DNA of 64,000 nt from a virus, in IMG/VR virus record IMGVR_UViG_3300031951_000014; one strand, given 5' to 3'. Below the pieces are notes generated by a model. The model had not been told where the DNA came from. It made no database searches and worked only from the letters and a program-made list of their open reading frames with translations. Shown here one piece after another: positions 29,301-43,036 of the stretch (position 1 is the first letter of the stretch; each line of letters starts with the position of its first letter). The position numbers and the translations under genes are program-made.

Positions 29301-31527
29301 TTAGCCACAGAAACAACTAGTGATGAAAACATCCTACAAAAAATGACAGACAGTGTTAATAGTGCTATTGGAGAAATCAGATCTGGTTTTTCTATCACCC
29401 CAGATCAGTTAGAAGCATTTGTTAATGGCGCAGATGATTTAGGTGGTTTAGATAGGCAAACCCGACTTGCTATTGGGACTTTTGGTTTAGAAGATTTTAT
29501 TGCAAAGTCAACTTTTGGTGGAGTTGGAAATGTGGAAAATTCAATTGGAGTTTTAGCAAACCGAGCAGCAACAGTATATTCTCTATCTGGTCAACTAAAT
29601 GACGCACTAGAAGGACTTGTTTCTCCAGATCAACTTAAAGCAATACAAAGCAAATACGCAATGGGGATAATAGAGCAGTCAAATGTTGTTGACTTAGTTA
29701 AGCAATTAGTTGGAGGAACTAAGTTATTAAGCTATAGTGAAGCAATAGCGGGCAAAACCGATGACGAAGTAGCAAGAATTACCTCCGCCTATGATGCAAT
29801 TGTAAAAAGAGTTAATGAAAGAAACACAGAAGCTCTTGGAAGTAGGGCTGTTTCAGTTACCAGAGAAACTATTGGTAAATTTGAATTACCTGATATTATG
29901 AAATCAATGATGGATCAACAATTTCAACTGCTTGGGTATACACGAGCTGCTCAAATTGCAGCTGGTAAAGCTAAAGAAGAACTTGTTGGTTTAGATCCTT
30001 TAGCATTAAGCGAAAGACTAACGTTTCCAGGTGATATAAGTATTTTAAAACAAAAAATGATTGAAGGTACAAGAGCTGCTCTAGACACTACATCGGGTCT
30101 TGCAATAAATGATGCTCAAAGAAGTCTGATAAATCAAGAATTGGCAAGTCTATCTGCAATGACAGATGCACAATTTGCTGAATCGATTGGTCTTAAAGTT
30201 GGTTCAGAAATGTTCAATAGATATGCATCAATTACACAGTCTAGAAGAAGGGCACAAGCTGCACAGGCAGCCATAGAAATAGAATCTACTTTTATGTCTA
30301 AAAGCATGAGAAGAGCTTCTAAACCCATAGCTAAAGCAGAATATTTAACTCAAGTTAAGCAAATGTTTAGAGTATCTGGAATAGCTGGAAATCTTCAAAA
30401 AATAAAAAATCTAGAACGGAAATGAAAAGCTTACAACGCAGTTAGCTGTAGCAAAAATGGAAACAACAATGCAACTTGCAAAAGGTTTAAGAGCCATTCA
30501 AAAAAACTATAGCGCTAGTGCTTCAACAACTCTAGACATTGTCGATGCATTAGAGTCAGAGTTAAGAACTAACTTTGGTGACAGAGCAGCAAATCTTTTA
30601 GATAATATTGGAGAAGAAGGCGCAGAACCATTTTTAATGGAAATGTTTAGGCTAGCAAAGGCTAGAAGATTGGCCAACGCCAACTTAAAATATGCATCTT
30701 CCTATGGGGCTTTACAAAGAGCTTTTAGAGAACATACAGGAGACGCTGAAGCATCAATTGATGCAGTCGATCAAGAATATGCTACACAGTTCCTTGAATA
30801 TCAAAAAGGTTTAGATGAAGCATCCCCAGAAAGAGTGAGATCTCAACATCTGCAAGACTATATGGAAATAATGAGTCAGGGTGAAAAAGAGGTAGCCGAT
30901 AGAAGGCAAACGTCTTCAAGCCTTGAAGCAAGGGGGAGATCAGTTGCCTCAGAAGCTTATTCATATAGACAGGCTAGAAAAACTCTAGAAGGCCTAGAAG
31001 GCGCTGTTACCGAAACAACAGAAGGTTTGTCTGAAGCCGGAGGCCTTGATGAAATAGGAGATTTAGCAGAAGATATAACCAGGTCTGTTAGAGCTCTAGA
31101 TGATGAAGCTGTTGATGTGGCAAGAAGCCCATATAGAAGAATTACTTCTGATGTGTTTAAATCGAAAAATGTTCGCAGAGGAACTTTAGCAGCTGCAGCT
31201 TTAATAGGGGCAAGCTTTTTATATCAATCTAAAAAAGCAAAAGATCATACAGCTTCAGACATACAGGGCCCTCCACTTTTGCCAGGTGGAAACCCATATG
31301 AAACAGAATACCCTACAAGACAGGCTATAATTAATCAAGTTCAACAAAACAATATGGATTCAAGCGGTATGCAATATCAAATAAATACCTCTGGCTCTAT
31401 GCAAGACCTAAATAGATTAAGAGGTTTGTTTGGAGATGTTATTGATGGGCCGATAAACAGTACTATGTATAACGGATTGCCAATGATGGGTCAAGATCCA
31501 TACTCAGATGTAGCCTCTAGATTTTAG
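26366..31527 (+). CDS. Large virion/ejection protein, 1719 aa via two +1 shifts at CGG; has possible two-barrel RNA polymerase-like motifs
   Basis: ORFs 26366-28282, 28227-30425 and 30457-31527 join into one frame if C28259 and C30417 are skipped (..PLFR-G-GKVAG.. and ..KNLE-G-NEKLT..). Confidence 0.7.
28259..28262 (+). other. +1 recoding site CGG-A (site 1)
   Basis: TTT CGA CGG AGG. CGG is codon 632 of ORF 26366; GGA at 28260 is in frame with the 28227-30425 ORF. Confidence 0.75.
30417..30420 (+). other. +1 recoding site CGG-A (site 2)
   Basis: CTA GAA CGG AAA TGA. GGA at 30418 runs without a stop into the ATG at 30457. Confidence 0.8.
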
Positions 31528-31538
31528 GTATTTAAAAT

Positions 31539-32018
31539 ATGATTTTAGGTGCAGATAAACAAAATAAAAATCTCTCTGACGCTGCGTCTAAAAGAATAGA
31601 TACTTCACCAAGAACTAGAACTTCAAATGCTTTAGCTGGAAGAATAGCTTCTCAAAAAACAGGCAGTTCAGCCACAGCAGATGTTAGCAGCAATGTGACT
31701 AACGCATCAAGATCTACGCTCTCAGAAGCCCCTCCAGACCCAATGAGAGGCTCTTATGAAGGCCTGGTAAAGCAATCCGCTGGTCACATACAAATGGATG
31801 GAGATGGATACGATAACCCATCTTTTCAAAAAGCTAGATACCAAAAAGAATTTTTAAAATCTGATGAACTCAAACAAGATATTACCAATAAACTATTGAA
31901 TAGTTCATCTAGTATTAAAAATAATGGTATAATAAGTAATTACAGTTCTGCATTTAATGGCGACAATATCGCCAATAAGATGTCAGAATACATTAAAACA
32001 GACAACATGTTTAGGTAA
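31539..32018 (+). CDS. Hypothetical protein (Ser/Asn-rich)
   Basis: 159-aa ORF in the operon. Confidence 0.7.
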   Translation: MILGADKQNKNLSDAASKRIDTSPRTRTSNALAGRIASQKTGSSATADVSSNVTNASRSTLSEAPPDPMRGSYEGLVKQSAGHIQMDGDGYDNPSFQKARYQKEFLKSDELKQDITNKLLNSSSSIKNNGIISNYSSAFNGDNIANKMSEYIKTDNMFR

Positions 32019-32021
32019 ACT

Positions 32022-35000
32022 ATGGCCGATGAAATAGATCTTAACTCAGACCAAGTTTCCCAGAATCTCTATGCAGATTCTGATCTTGCTCCATTGTCAC
32101 AGTTGTTTGATGAAATGGGTAGTGATAGGTCTAGCTGGAGAAAATTTGGTCAGGGCTTAAATGATCTTTTAGATATAGCTACTTTAGGTATACCAGCCGT
32201 TTTTCGGATCTAGGTCAGACCTATTTGGAAACAATACTGCAAGTGACGAAGTTGGTAGAGAACTTTCGCAAGTAGGTTTATCAAAAGATAATTTTAAAAA
32301 TGCTCCAGACAATAAATTATTTATACAGTTAACTAGCTATAGAAAATCTGAATTAGCACATATTAAAGATGAAAAAAATAGATCATTAATTTTTGAAAAG
32401 ATATACCAATCAGGTTTACTTCAGTTAGCAGAAATGGCTGGAGGAATAAGGGAATTTGCTAGGTTGCGCTTTCAAAGTGCAGAGACATTAAGAAAATCTG
32501 CAGCAGACTTTAACGATCCGATTAGGGATACATACTGGTTAGAAAGATTAATTCAAGCAAAAAACTATTTTTACAACGACCCACTAGCACTTGCCACAGT
32601 ATATAAGTATTTCCCTAATCTATATAGGCTGTTCATTACTGCTTTAGCAGCAACTGGAGATTATGGATATTCAGAAGAAGATCCATTAAATAACCATAAG
32701 CAAATTATGGAAAATATGTTTAAGGCTTTTGGCACAAATGAAGATGGGGAATCAGTCTTTAAACCAGTTTGGGCAATAGATAACTTTACTACCGCACAAA
32801 AAATAGAAAAAGCAATTAAAGATACAGGAGCTTTTTCTAACACTCCTCCAGCAACTCCAGATATATTTCACCTTAGAATCGGAGCAGCAAACTTTTATGT
32901 GCCACCAATTACAATATCAGTTAACACAGGATTTAAAACAGGAAGCTTAACTGGTGGAGCAATTAGACAAAAAGCATCACCAAAATATAATTCTGGATAT
33001 AAAGAAACAACCATTAGTCTAAAACTTTATTTCCCAAACTATGAAGAAATTTGGGGAACTAGCATTGACGATGCCTCGAAGATAAATCTAAATTCAAATT
33101 ATTACATTGATTTTAAAGATTCTCCAGATGAAAGAAAGATAGATAAATTCCTCTCCTCGTTGAGAGGGCTCGTTGCAGCGTTTAAGTACGCGCCAATACT
33201 GCCAATAAAAAATCATTACCTAAACTCTGTCTTTGATATCACGGGCGTTGCTTTGACAAACATGACAATATCAACAGTCCCAAATTATCCGTTTACATTA
33301 GAGGTTGATTTAGAATTATCTCAGTTCAACCACAAGCCATTCTTGCCGATGATTAAAGATTTTAATCAAGCAGTTCACTGGGGCAAATTTAGACACTATA
33401 TGGGAAGAGCTGCAGGTTCTTTAGCAAATTCTGTTAACTCAGAGTTTTTATTAAATACAGTCGTTGAAGAAGTGGCACCAATTGCAAAGCAAGGTGTAGA
33501 AGCTTCGAATGGGGACACCTATAACGTTTCTCCTTATGGCGCACAACTGGACACAGTTCAGCCGTATAGAGATGGTTTATTGACAACTAATGTTATGAAT
33601 GATTGGGTTAATGGAAGAAACATAACTCTTTATATACCAGCTGAAGTCCAATCAAAAATATATAGCCCTGACGTATCTTCTTTTAGAAGCGAAGAAGAAA
33701 AAGCAGTTCTTGACTATGGTAGAGCATTTTGGGAAAATATTTTGTTTAGAATGGGCATTGATATAACTGACCCAACATTATATAGAAATCTAGATACAGT
33801 AGTTGTCAGCTCACTTAATAATGATGTAATCATGACAGAAAGACAGCGTGTAGCAAAGATAGTAGATGTCGCCCTTGCTGGGTCAAATGCTAAAAATATT
33901 TATGAAATGACTTATGATGCTTTAGCAATCGATTATATCAATTCAAATAATATAACAAATGCTGCCACTGTAGATTATCTAAAAAATAGAAAATCTCCAA
34001 ATGACTTAGAAGTCCCTGCACAATCAACTGAAGAATTAACAAGACAATTAAAAGAAAAAAAGTTTGAACTCTACAACGCTTCTCAAACAACCAAAGGAAT
34101 GTTAGATTATCAGATAAGAAAAAATACAGAAGCTATTCTAAAAAAGAAAAAAATAGATTTTGATAAAACAAAACCAGAAAATTCAAAAGACTGGCGATCA
34201 ACATACGCTCAAGAACAAGCTAAATTTGTTGATGCGTTCATGGTTTCTTTGTATGAAAGAGTATTTAAAGATGAAAGCATCCAACAACTTCTTGGCGTTG
34301 GTTTAATAAGAGACGCTGAAAAGTACTCAAAAATAGACGGAAGAAAAATATCAGCATTCACCATTAGGGAATGGGAAGTCCCCATGATGAAGATTGATTT
34401 AAACCCAAACAATGTTATAGTAAATTCAGTTTCTCTTTCAATGGGAAATAACTTGGCAAAGTTGCAACTCCAAATGCAAGAAGAGCCAACATTCCAATAC
34501 ATAGGTTCAAAAGATTCTATGGTCAGTATTTCAATGACAATTTTTGGTGAAGATGAATTAAGAAAAATAAGAAAAATGTTTGAGTTTTTGAGTGGTCTAG
34601 CTAGACTGGAGCACGCTGCTGGGGTAATTGGTTTTATGGGCATAAAAAATATAGTTTGCGCCCTTGCTGGAATTAAATATGTTCTTCCCGTAAACTATTC
34701 AGTAGATACTGTTCCTGGCTTTCCTCATGTTTATAACGTAAACCTAATGTTAGTAGACTTTGATATATTCCAGCAAAAAAGAGAGAACATCAGTTCTGAG
34801 CAGCAAATAGCTTTAATTAAAGAATTTGGCACAAAGCGAAATCCATTCCTGAGACTGAAGCAAAAGTGGGGTGCATTTAATGCATACCCTGATATGCCAT
34901 TGTCAGTTGAAGACCCATCAACTAAGGAGTACGTTGGGTCTTTAGACCCAGATTTCTATTTTAGAAGTTTTGAAACATTTGATAATGATGTTGTAAATAA

Positions 35001-38000
35001 TATTATTGATCCGAATAACTACACACTTCCTATTGGTGAATGGGAAAATGAAAAAACACATTTAAATGACAGAGGAAAATCTTTTGTATACTTTGTTAAA
35101 AAGAAGTTAATTGAAAATAATGGAAATATTGAAGAAATAAAGAATTATTTAATTAATGAAAATAATCTTCCAGCTGATGAAGCAATGAAGGTTTTCAGAA
35201 TTGCAATATTTGACCAACAAATTGAACCAGAATTTGAAACATCACTGCAATCAAGCAGATTTATAGCAAATAAATATCCAAATATTTGGAAAGATATGAT
35301 TGAGCTATTTAAAGACGATGATGATGTTGAGTATAATTTTGACGACGTAAAATTTGATACAAGATATGGAAGTATAAGAGTTGGCGATTTAATGTCTGGC
35401 TCTAAAGAACAAGTTGAAAAGTTTAATAAGCTAATAGCAGAGTCAGCAGAAAGTTCTGCTGGCAATCAAGCCCCTTCATTTGACCCAGATGATGTTGATC
35501 ATTTCGGTATGATCCATCTTGTTCCAGCAGCAGATCCAAAAGACACCAATAAAATTCCAGCTATTTATCAAACACCAGATGGTGGTTATGTGATGGGTTA
35601 CTCAAATAGAGAAGATGGAAGATTCTATGTATCTCAAGACTTCTTGAGGGTATCTTCTAATGGAAAGCTTGTTCCTACGTCACAAGTTACCCAGATATCT
35701 GACACACAATCTCCAGAAAGAGAGAAGCAAGATTCTCATACTGGAGTACCAGGAGCCAAGAGTCTAGATGGATACATGAGCGCTTATGGTTCTTCTGGGA
35801 AAGATACAATGCAAACTGTTTCAACTGGCGGGTCACACAAAGGCGTTGCAAAACACTGGCAAAAGATGATGATGGATACCCAATATAGAGATCTATCAGG
35901 CAGAATGGTTAGAGCATACCCAACTTACATGTTGTGGCTTATTGATGATGGTAACTACTTTGCTGGCGTTAAGCTTTTTGATAATTTCTATGGCTTGCAA
36001 TCTATTATTGACTTTTCGATAGTTCAGTCAGAAGATATTCTTGGCGACACACTGATGCTAAGAATATCAAATACTTATTCCAAATTATCTAAACCAGAAG
36101 CCTCATTAAGCAGCATAGTTAATATGGACGGGCAATTAAGTGGCGGGGTTACAAATGCTGAGATAGATAAGACAGCTGCAAATCTTGCAGGCGGTTCTGC
36201 AAAAATTGTTGAGACTTTGATAAGAAGATCAATGAATATGAAGTCTCACATGAACTCTAGATATGTGACCGAAATAAACCAAATGAGATTAAAGCCAGGA
36301 GTAAGAGTTCACTTAAGAGCTGGATACGGAGCTAACCCAAATTCTCTTCAAACTATTTTTAATGGCGTGATAGCTGAAGTTGACCATGGGGAAATAATAA
36401 CAGTCATTGCACAGTCAGATGCCGTTGAGCTAAGTCCTATAATTAATAGCACAAAGAAAAAGGGTGACAGCGGAAAAATTGATGGTGGAATAAACACTGG
36501 TCTTTGGATGTCTGAACCAAGAGACTTAATGATAAGACTTTTATCTATGGGAGCATCAAGAACAAGAGAAGCATTTGCTCATGCAACCAGAGGAGCAGTT
36601 TTTTCCGAAAACAAATTTGGTATTAGACACTTTGGTTCAATACTTTATAAACCTCTTACTCCTCAGGAAGAGGCTAAAAGCTCTATGTATAAGCAGAGTG
36701 TAATTAACGCTTTCAATGCAACTGGAAGAAATCCGATTACCGGAACAGCTGGCCTTGCTTGGAATTCTGCAGCAAATATAATTACTGGAGGGATAGCAAC
36801 TACTGCTTCTTTAAGTACTGATATAATGACCGGTGGAATTATATCTCCTCCAACAGCTGGAGGCCTCCAAAGCTTTGGTGGCTCGGTAAGAACACCAGTT
36901 TTAGGCGCAATGCAAACACTTTGGGGAAATTTTTCAACTCAAAGAGATTTAGAAATCTTTAAAAGAAATATCTATCCGGGCAATGGTGTTGGAGTTGCTC
37001 AATTTTTGGGTGGTGACTTAGATGACGGTTGGGCAACCATGGCCAGCATTGATATATCAGAAATTGATAGAGAAAAATTTGGTTATGCAGATAGATTGTC
37101 AAATAGATCATGGTCAGGTCTAATAGAACAATCTCAGAATATGAGCAATATAGATGCTAATCAAGTTTTGGAAAGATCTACAGCAGGAAATGAACTTGTA
37201 GATTCAAGTAAAGCTGTAGGAACAAGTAAAATAATCGGTGGAGCTTTGGCCGTTGGTGCTGGAGTTACTGTCGGTAATTTTATTGCTCCAGGTGCAGGCC
37301 TGCTCCTTGGTGCAAAATTAGGTAAGTCTTTGCAGGGTCGTGGTTTTACTAATGTTATGAAAACTCTTGGTCTTGTTTCTGATCTAGACGACGATATTTA
37401 CGATGAAGTTTCGTTTAGAGCTCAAACTTATATGAGATCTGTTTGGGACATGTTCCAGATGTGTGCACGCTTGCTTCCAAACTATATAGTTGCAGTCAGA
37501 CCATTTGAAGATAGATCTACTATATTTTATGGTAAGCCACACTGGCTTTATACATCCGGAGTATATCCAATATCAACAGGTTTCCCAAATGAAGAACAAG
37601 CTAAGATGGACGGTGTATCAATCCCAGGTTATATTGACGCAGATGATTCATTGCAAAAGATATTGGATACAGTTAACAAAGAACAATCCCCTATAGCAGA
37701 TGCGTTAGCAGTTTCACAATCTACAGAAAGTTCTGTTTCAGAATCAATAGCAGCTATGTCAAAAGACATGTTGTCTTTTAGTGGCATCTTTAGATCAGGA
37801 GCTCCTTTAAGAGGAAAGGTAATTAATTTTCTTGATGAAAATCGTAGTGTCTATAAACATTATGATGAGATAGTATCTAGACTTCCCGTAAATAGAGGAA
37901 AAGTACAAGTTGGATTTCACCTTCCATTTGGTCCTAATGGAGAAGGAACAGAAGCTCCAATTCAAGTTGACAAACATAAGCAAATAGACCAACTACCAAT

Positions 38001-41000
38001 ACGATTTAGGTATCCATTTTTTACAAACAGAACATCTGGTATACTCCCATCACTAGACTATGACAAGATAGTTAGAGGAAATACTCAAGAAGATTTTACT
38101 AGAAACATAAACAATATTGTTGCAATTTCATTACTTGAAAAAGGATTAATATCTAAAGAAAAAGATTCAGAATCTACTGCGCTTGTAAGTGACAAGAATG
38201 GTGAAACAACATTAGATTTTAATTTTAGCTTTGCAGCAAAACTCCCGATGATGGGGATAGATGAATTATTAACTGGCACTGCAGCATTTGACCCTTCTGG
38301 TATTTATGACCCAAACGGTAACTTGGGTCAGATAAACGCATCATACACTGTACAAATGCCGCTTCCAATAATAACTGAAAACCCACAATATTTTGTAGAA
38401 AAATTCCAAGAGTATTATGATGACTTAGATCCAGTCTATGCTCTGCAACAAGAGTTTAATACTCTCCCACTGAACTTTAGAGATTGGGGAATGCCAAAGA
38501 CAGCTGAAGAAGAGCAATTCTATATTGCCATGAGATGGCCTTATAATCCAATACCAGGTTTGACAGAAATTGCTTCAAAGGTAAATAAAACTGCTCCGAC
38601 TCCAGAAGTTCAAAAAGAAGTTCTTAAAAAATTCTTGAAGATGTACAACTTTCAAGAAGAAGATTTAGTTGGCTCTCCTGAAGAATATAAAAAGAGAAGA
38701 GTATTAGTTTATAATGAGCAAACAAACACAGCTGTAGTTTGTGCTCCAGCGTACTTCTTATGGGGAGAAACCGAATCCGATGAAGACGGAAACGGAAGCA
38801 ATAAAATAGACGCTATTGTTTCTCCAGACGCAGCTTACTTCTTAGGACTGTTGATTAACAGTAAAGGTCAAATACTTTCTCCATTAGAGAATATCGAAAG
38901 TGTTAATTCAGAAGGAGTTGAGTTAACCACCACTAGTGCCCAATGGGAAATATTGGGCATGGCAGAACAAAATCTTTCTGAATGTAGATTTACATTTGTT
39001 TCTGATACTACCCCACTAGGAGTTGTAACAAGCACTTATAACCCAGCTAACGCTTTTAGATATGTAGAAGATGGTTGGAAGTTTTCGGAAGAAAATTTCT
39101 TAGTTGGTTTTGGTGCCTTCAAAGCATCTGATGGCACTCCAATATCAGACATTCTTGACATGAACGATGATAGGTTGCCAGCAAAACAAGTTGGGGTAAA
39201 CACCAGTGCGCATCCAAGTCTAAAGAGAAATACTCATACAGGAGTTATAATAAAGGATGATTATACTTTTGACGATCAATTAGCATTAAAAACTGCAGCT
39301 GATTGGACAAAAGAATGGAGTCAAGGTGGCAATTATCTTGAGTATTATGACAAGATTATTAGCAATGAACTAGGTGAATTATCGCAAGATAATCTTTTTG
39401 ACGAAATTAAAAAAGATAGAGAAGGAAAAAAGAACGAAAAGTTTGCAGCAGTTTATGATCCACTGGATGCCGTTTCTGTAACAGCAAGAGGGTTTTATGA
39501 TGAAAAGTTCGATAGTACAGTTAAGGTTATCGCTGGAAATGGAAGAAGAGTTGCCGAAGCACAGCAAATTTGGGATCAATTTAGATATGGATATCATACT
39601 TATGATTCAGTAAAAAATATATTTCAACAAGTTTATAATCTTGATCCAGATGATGATAAGGTTTCTACTGATCCAATATTTAGCTTATTAACTTGGAAAA
39701 CTGATTTTGCACTAGAAGAATTTGGAGCAGATACAAGAAGTTCTGAATTTACAACTTTACTTGGCGCAGACTGGATTAGTTCTGTCAGCGCTCAAACAGC
39801 TGCAAAGCAATCAGCTATAGATATAGCAGTGGATGAATATATAGATGGTGGCTATGATGGAGTAGACGAAAATAGCAAGCCTTTAATCAATAAAGACAAA
39901 GGCATACTTGATGCCTACAACGCATTAATAATAAACAAAGCAACAAGCATCAGAGAACTGGTGCGTAATCATTTTGAAACATACGACTATGCACAGCCAA
40001 CAAACCCAGAACAGGACCCAACTGGTAAAGACATATCTGAACCTGGAACAGATGGCCAAAGTATATACGAAAGAATCCAAGAAAAGTTAGGAAAAATAAA
40101 ATCAACTTCTAGTTCAGAAGAAAAAGCTAAACTTTTACTAGAAAGTGTTGAAAGTCCAAAACAATTATTCTTGTTGTTAGTAGGTATTTTCAGACAAAAG
40201 ATGTGGTCAGACCCTTATGCAAGAGCATGGCTTGTACTAAGACCAGATAAAAAGCGTTATAGTGCAACTGGCTGGGGGACAGCTGCCACTGTTGCTGCCA
40301 CAGCAGTGTCTATTCCATTTGGAGCAACTGTAGCGGCTTTAGACATTTTTGGTAATGAAAATGATCAATGGAGTTTTAGATCAGTAGACAAAATGTTCCA
40401 TGCCTTCATAGACTATAACGCTCAGTACGCATCAAACAGTCAAGCATTTATTAAGCTTCTACAAAAAAACGCAAAAGAGGGCAACAACGCTAGCAACTGG
40501 GTTACTGGAATTGGCGAAGATGCAATTGGTTTTTGGGACAGAAATATTGGTCCTATATTTACAGCATTTGATGCGGCTCTTGGAAATCTTCTTAATATGT
40601 TTAGAATGTCTATGGCTCAAATGGGTTATGGACTACAAGAGCTAGAAAACTTTACTAAACAAGCAAATATTTTAAATAAGGCTTATAACGATTCAATCTA
40701 CTATTCTCTTGGTAGACCTGGGACTTTGTTAAGAGCTGTAGATAATCCATTTACAAGAGAATATGGTGAACCAGTAGTTGAGATCAGAGAGCCGTTCCAA
40801 AGAATGCACTATCTAAGCTCATTCACTCACATCTTGTCCAATAATATTAAGGAAAATGGTAAGGTAGCAACTCAAATTACTGCGGTTTCTGATGGCAAAT
40901 ATCCAGTAACAGTATCGTTAGACAAATCTGCTCCAGCTGAAAAGCAAGTTGAAAAAACAGTTGAAACTGGGCTTTACTTTGATAACGCAAAAGGTGAAGG

Positions 41001-43035
41001 AGTCTTCGGTATACTTCATCCAATTTTCCACCCTCTTGAAACAGCAAGAGGAATTGCAAAACATGCTCAAGGTGAACCGGATGAACTGACAGCAAGAAGA
41101 GTCGCCTTAGCATATTTGAAAGAATCTTTAAAAGATATATATGGTGGAGAAATAATTGTTGTAGGAAACGCAGACATTAGACCACACGACTTAGTTTACT
41201 TAGCTGACGTTTATGAAAGAATGTATGGAATATTCGAAGTAGAACAAGTAGTGCACCACTTCACCCCAGAAACAGGTTTTATAACAAGTATAACTCCTAA
41301 TGCATTTGTAAGCGTAAATGACCCAGCAAGATGGTTTATGTCCTCTTGGTGCGCCGCACACTTCAGCATGATGAATCTAAGAAATGATGCAAAGCTTTTG
41401 CTACTGAATAAGTCCAATAACAGTAGACTCACTATTAATGGTGATGTGTCAATAGATAATTTAGGGGACATGCTAAAAGATCAAATGATGGGCGGCATGC
41501 AATATACACATGGCCATACAGCTTTGCTTAGAGACATACAAGCAAATCAATTGGCAGACTCTCTCCCTGACACAAATGAAAAAGTTAAACAATTAATAAA
41601 GAATAATACAGGCAAAACTGATGGTAGTGCAGGAGCAGCTATTTTTGCAGGCCTAGTAATGCCAGCAATAACTGCCACAGCTACTGCAGCCACATTTGTA
41701 GCTACAGGCGGAACAGGAGCTCTTGCTGCTGGCGCAGTTGCAGCAGTTGGTGCTGGTTTAACAGATGCAGCCTGGAGTGCTTGGAAATGGGTTAGAAACA
41801 ATGTGTTGGATCAACACGGATGTTATATACAATATTTGTCAAAAAATGGTCAACCAATGGACGCAGGGTTGTCCAATTTCCAAGGAATGGTTGTTGGCAA
41901 ATACCATTCAAAGAGACTATTACCAGGTATTCTTGGTGTTAGATCAAAAGTTAAAACAGCAGATGGACACGCATTTGTCAGAAGTGATGATCTACTAAGT
42001 AGTTTTGGTTGGAAAGAAAAAGAAATAAGTGCGTTAGTTAGACACATAAGTTTGGAAAATGCAATAGTACAATCAGAGATATTAAAGTATTCTGGTCTTG
42101 GTCCAGAAAAAACAGGGTTAAATGAATTCTTTAAAGCAATTGTTAAAGTAACGCATGTCAAAGACGGTGACACCATAAAGGCATACGATGTGCTAACAAA
42201 CAAAGAATATGATGTTAGATTTGAGGGAATAAACACAGCAGAACTTGCTAAGAATAACGTTACTTCTGACACTGCAATTATCAACCCAAACTCTCCAGCA
42301 TCAAAAGCACTTCATTATACTAAGCAAGCTCTTGAAGGAAAGTTATTTGTCTTAAGAATAAGTCCTAATAATCCTGCCATGATTTTAACAGCTGATGATT
42401 TTGAAGCAGGAGCAGCATACAACAACCCAGAAAATTATTTAGCTGCGTATGAATCAAAAACCCAAAATTGGGATGATCGTTATATGGCAAGTGTTTTCTA
42501 TAGAACTGACAAAGATATATATAATTCAATTTATCTAAAGGTTAGAGGAATATTTTTAGGAATTCCAGAATCTACATCGAACTCAATTGCGTATATAAAG
42601 GAAAAAGTAAAAGAATCCATAAGTCCACAATCTGTTGTTTACACAAGATTTGATACACTTTATGACGCAATTGTAGATGAGCAAGCCGTTTACACAATGT
42701 CCCCTCCAATATATAGTTCAGTTCCAGAAAACGGATATATTCATTTTGAATCATTGGGTGAAACTGACGCACTAAACGGACTAACTAACCTAGAAAAGAA
42801 AGCATTTGACGCTGCAATATCGATTCTTATTCTTTATAGGGTATACGAAAAAGCAGCAGAATGGCCAATGGCCGAATGGAATGAGTACTATAATGATGGA
42901 AGTCCTATAACGCTTAACTGGGAACTTGTAACTACAGGATTAGCTCAAGTTTACACTAAGGGGCTTTTAGCAATTAAAGGACCTGCGCTTTATTCAGTAG
43001 AAGATGTAACACCAATACCAAGAGAAGTAGAATAA
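32022..43035 (+). CDS. Giant baseplate hub-like protein with C-terminal thermonuclease (SNase) domain, 3670 aa via +1 shift at CGG
   Basis: Skipping C32205 joins ORF 32022 to ORF 32434 through 76 stop-free codons. Hub-like motifs LKPGVRVHLRAGYG..IFNGVI and GNADIRPHD..FEVEQVVHHF; SNase motif VKDGDTI..VRFEGINTAE. Confidence 0.75.
32205..32208 (+). other. +1 recoding site CGG-A (site 3)
   Basis: GTT TTT CGG ATC TAG. CGG is codon 62; GGA at 32206 is in frame with 32434. Confidence 0.8.
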
Positions 43036-43036
43036 T

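Noticed and set aside
32214-32433. Apparent intergenic gaps (also 49324-49600 and 53801-53979) as ncRNA, intron or regulatory regions
   Set aside because: They are stop-free in the +1 frame and are explained as coding sequence of the recoded genes.
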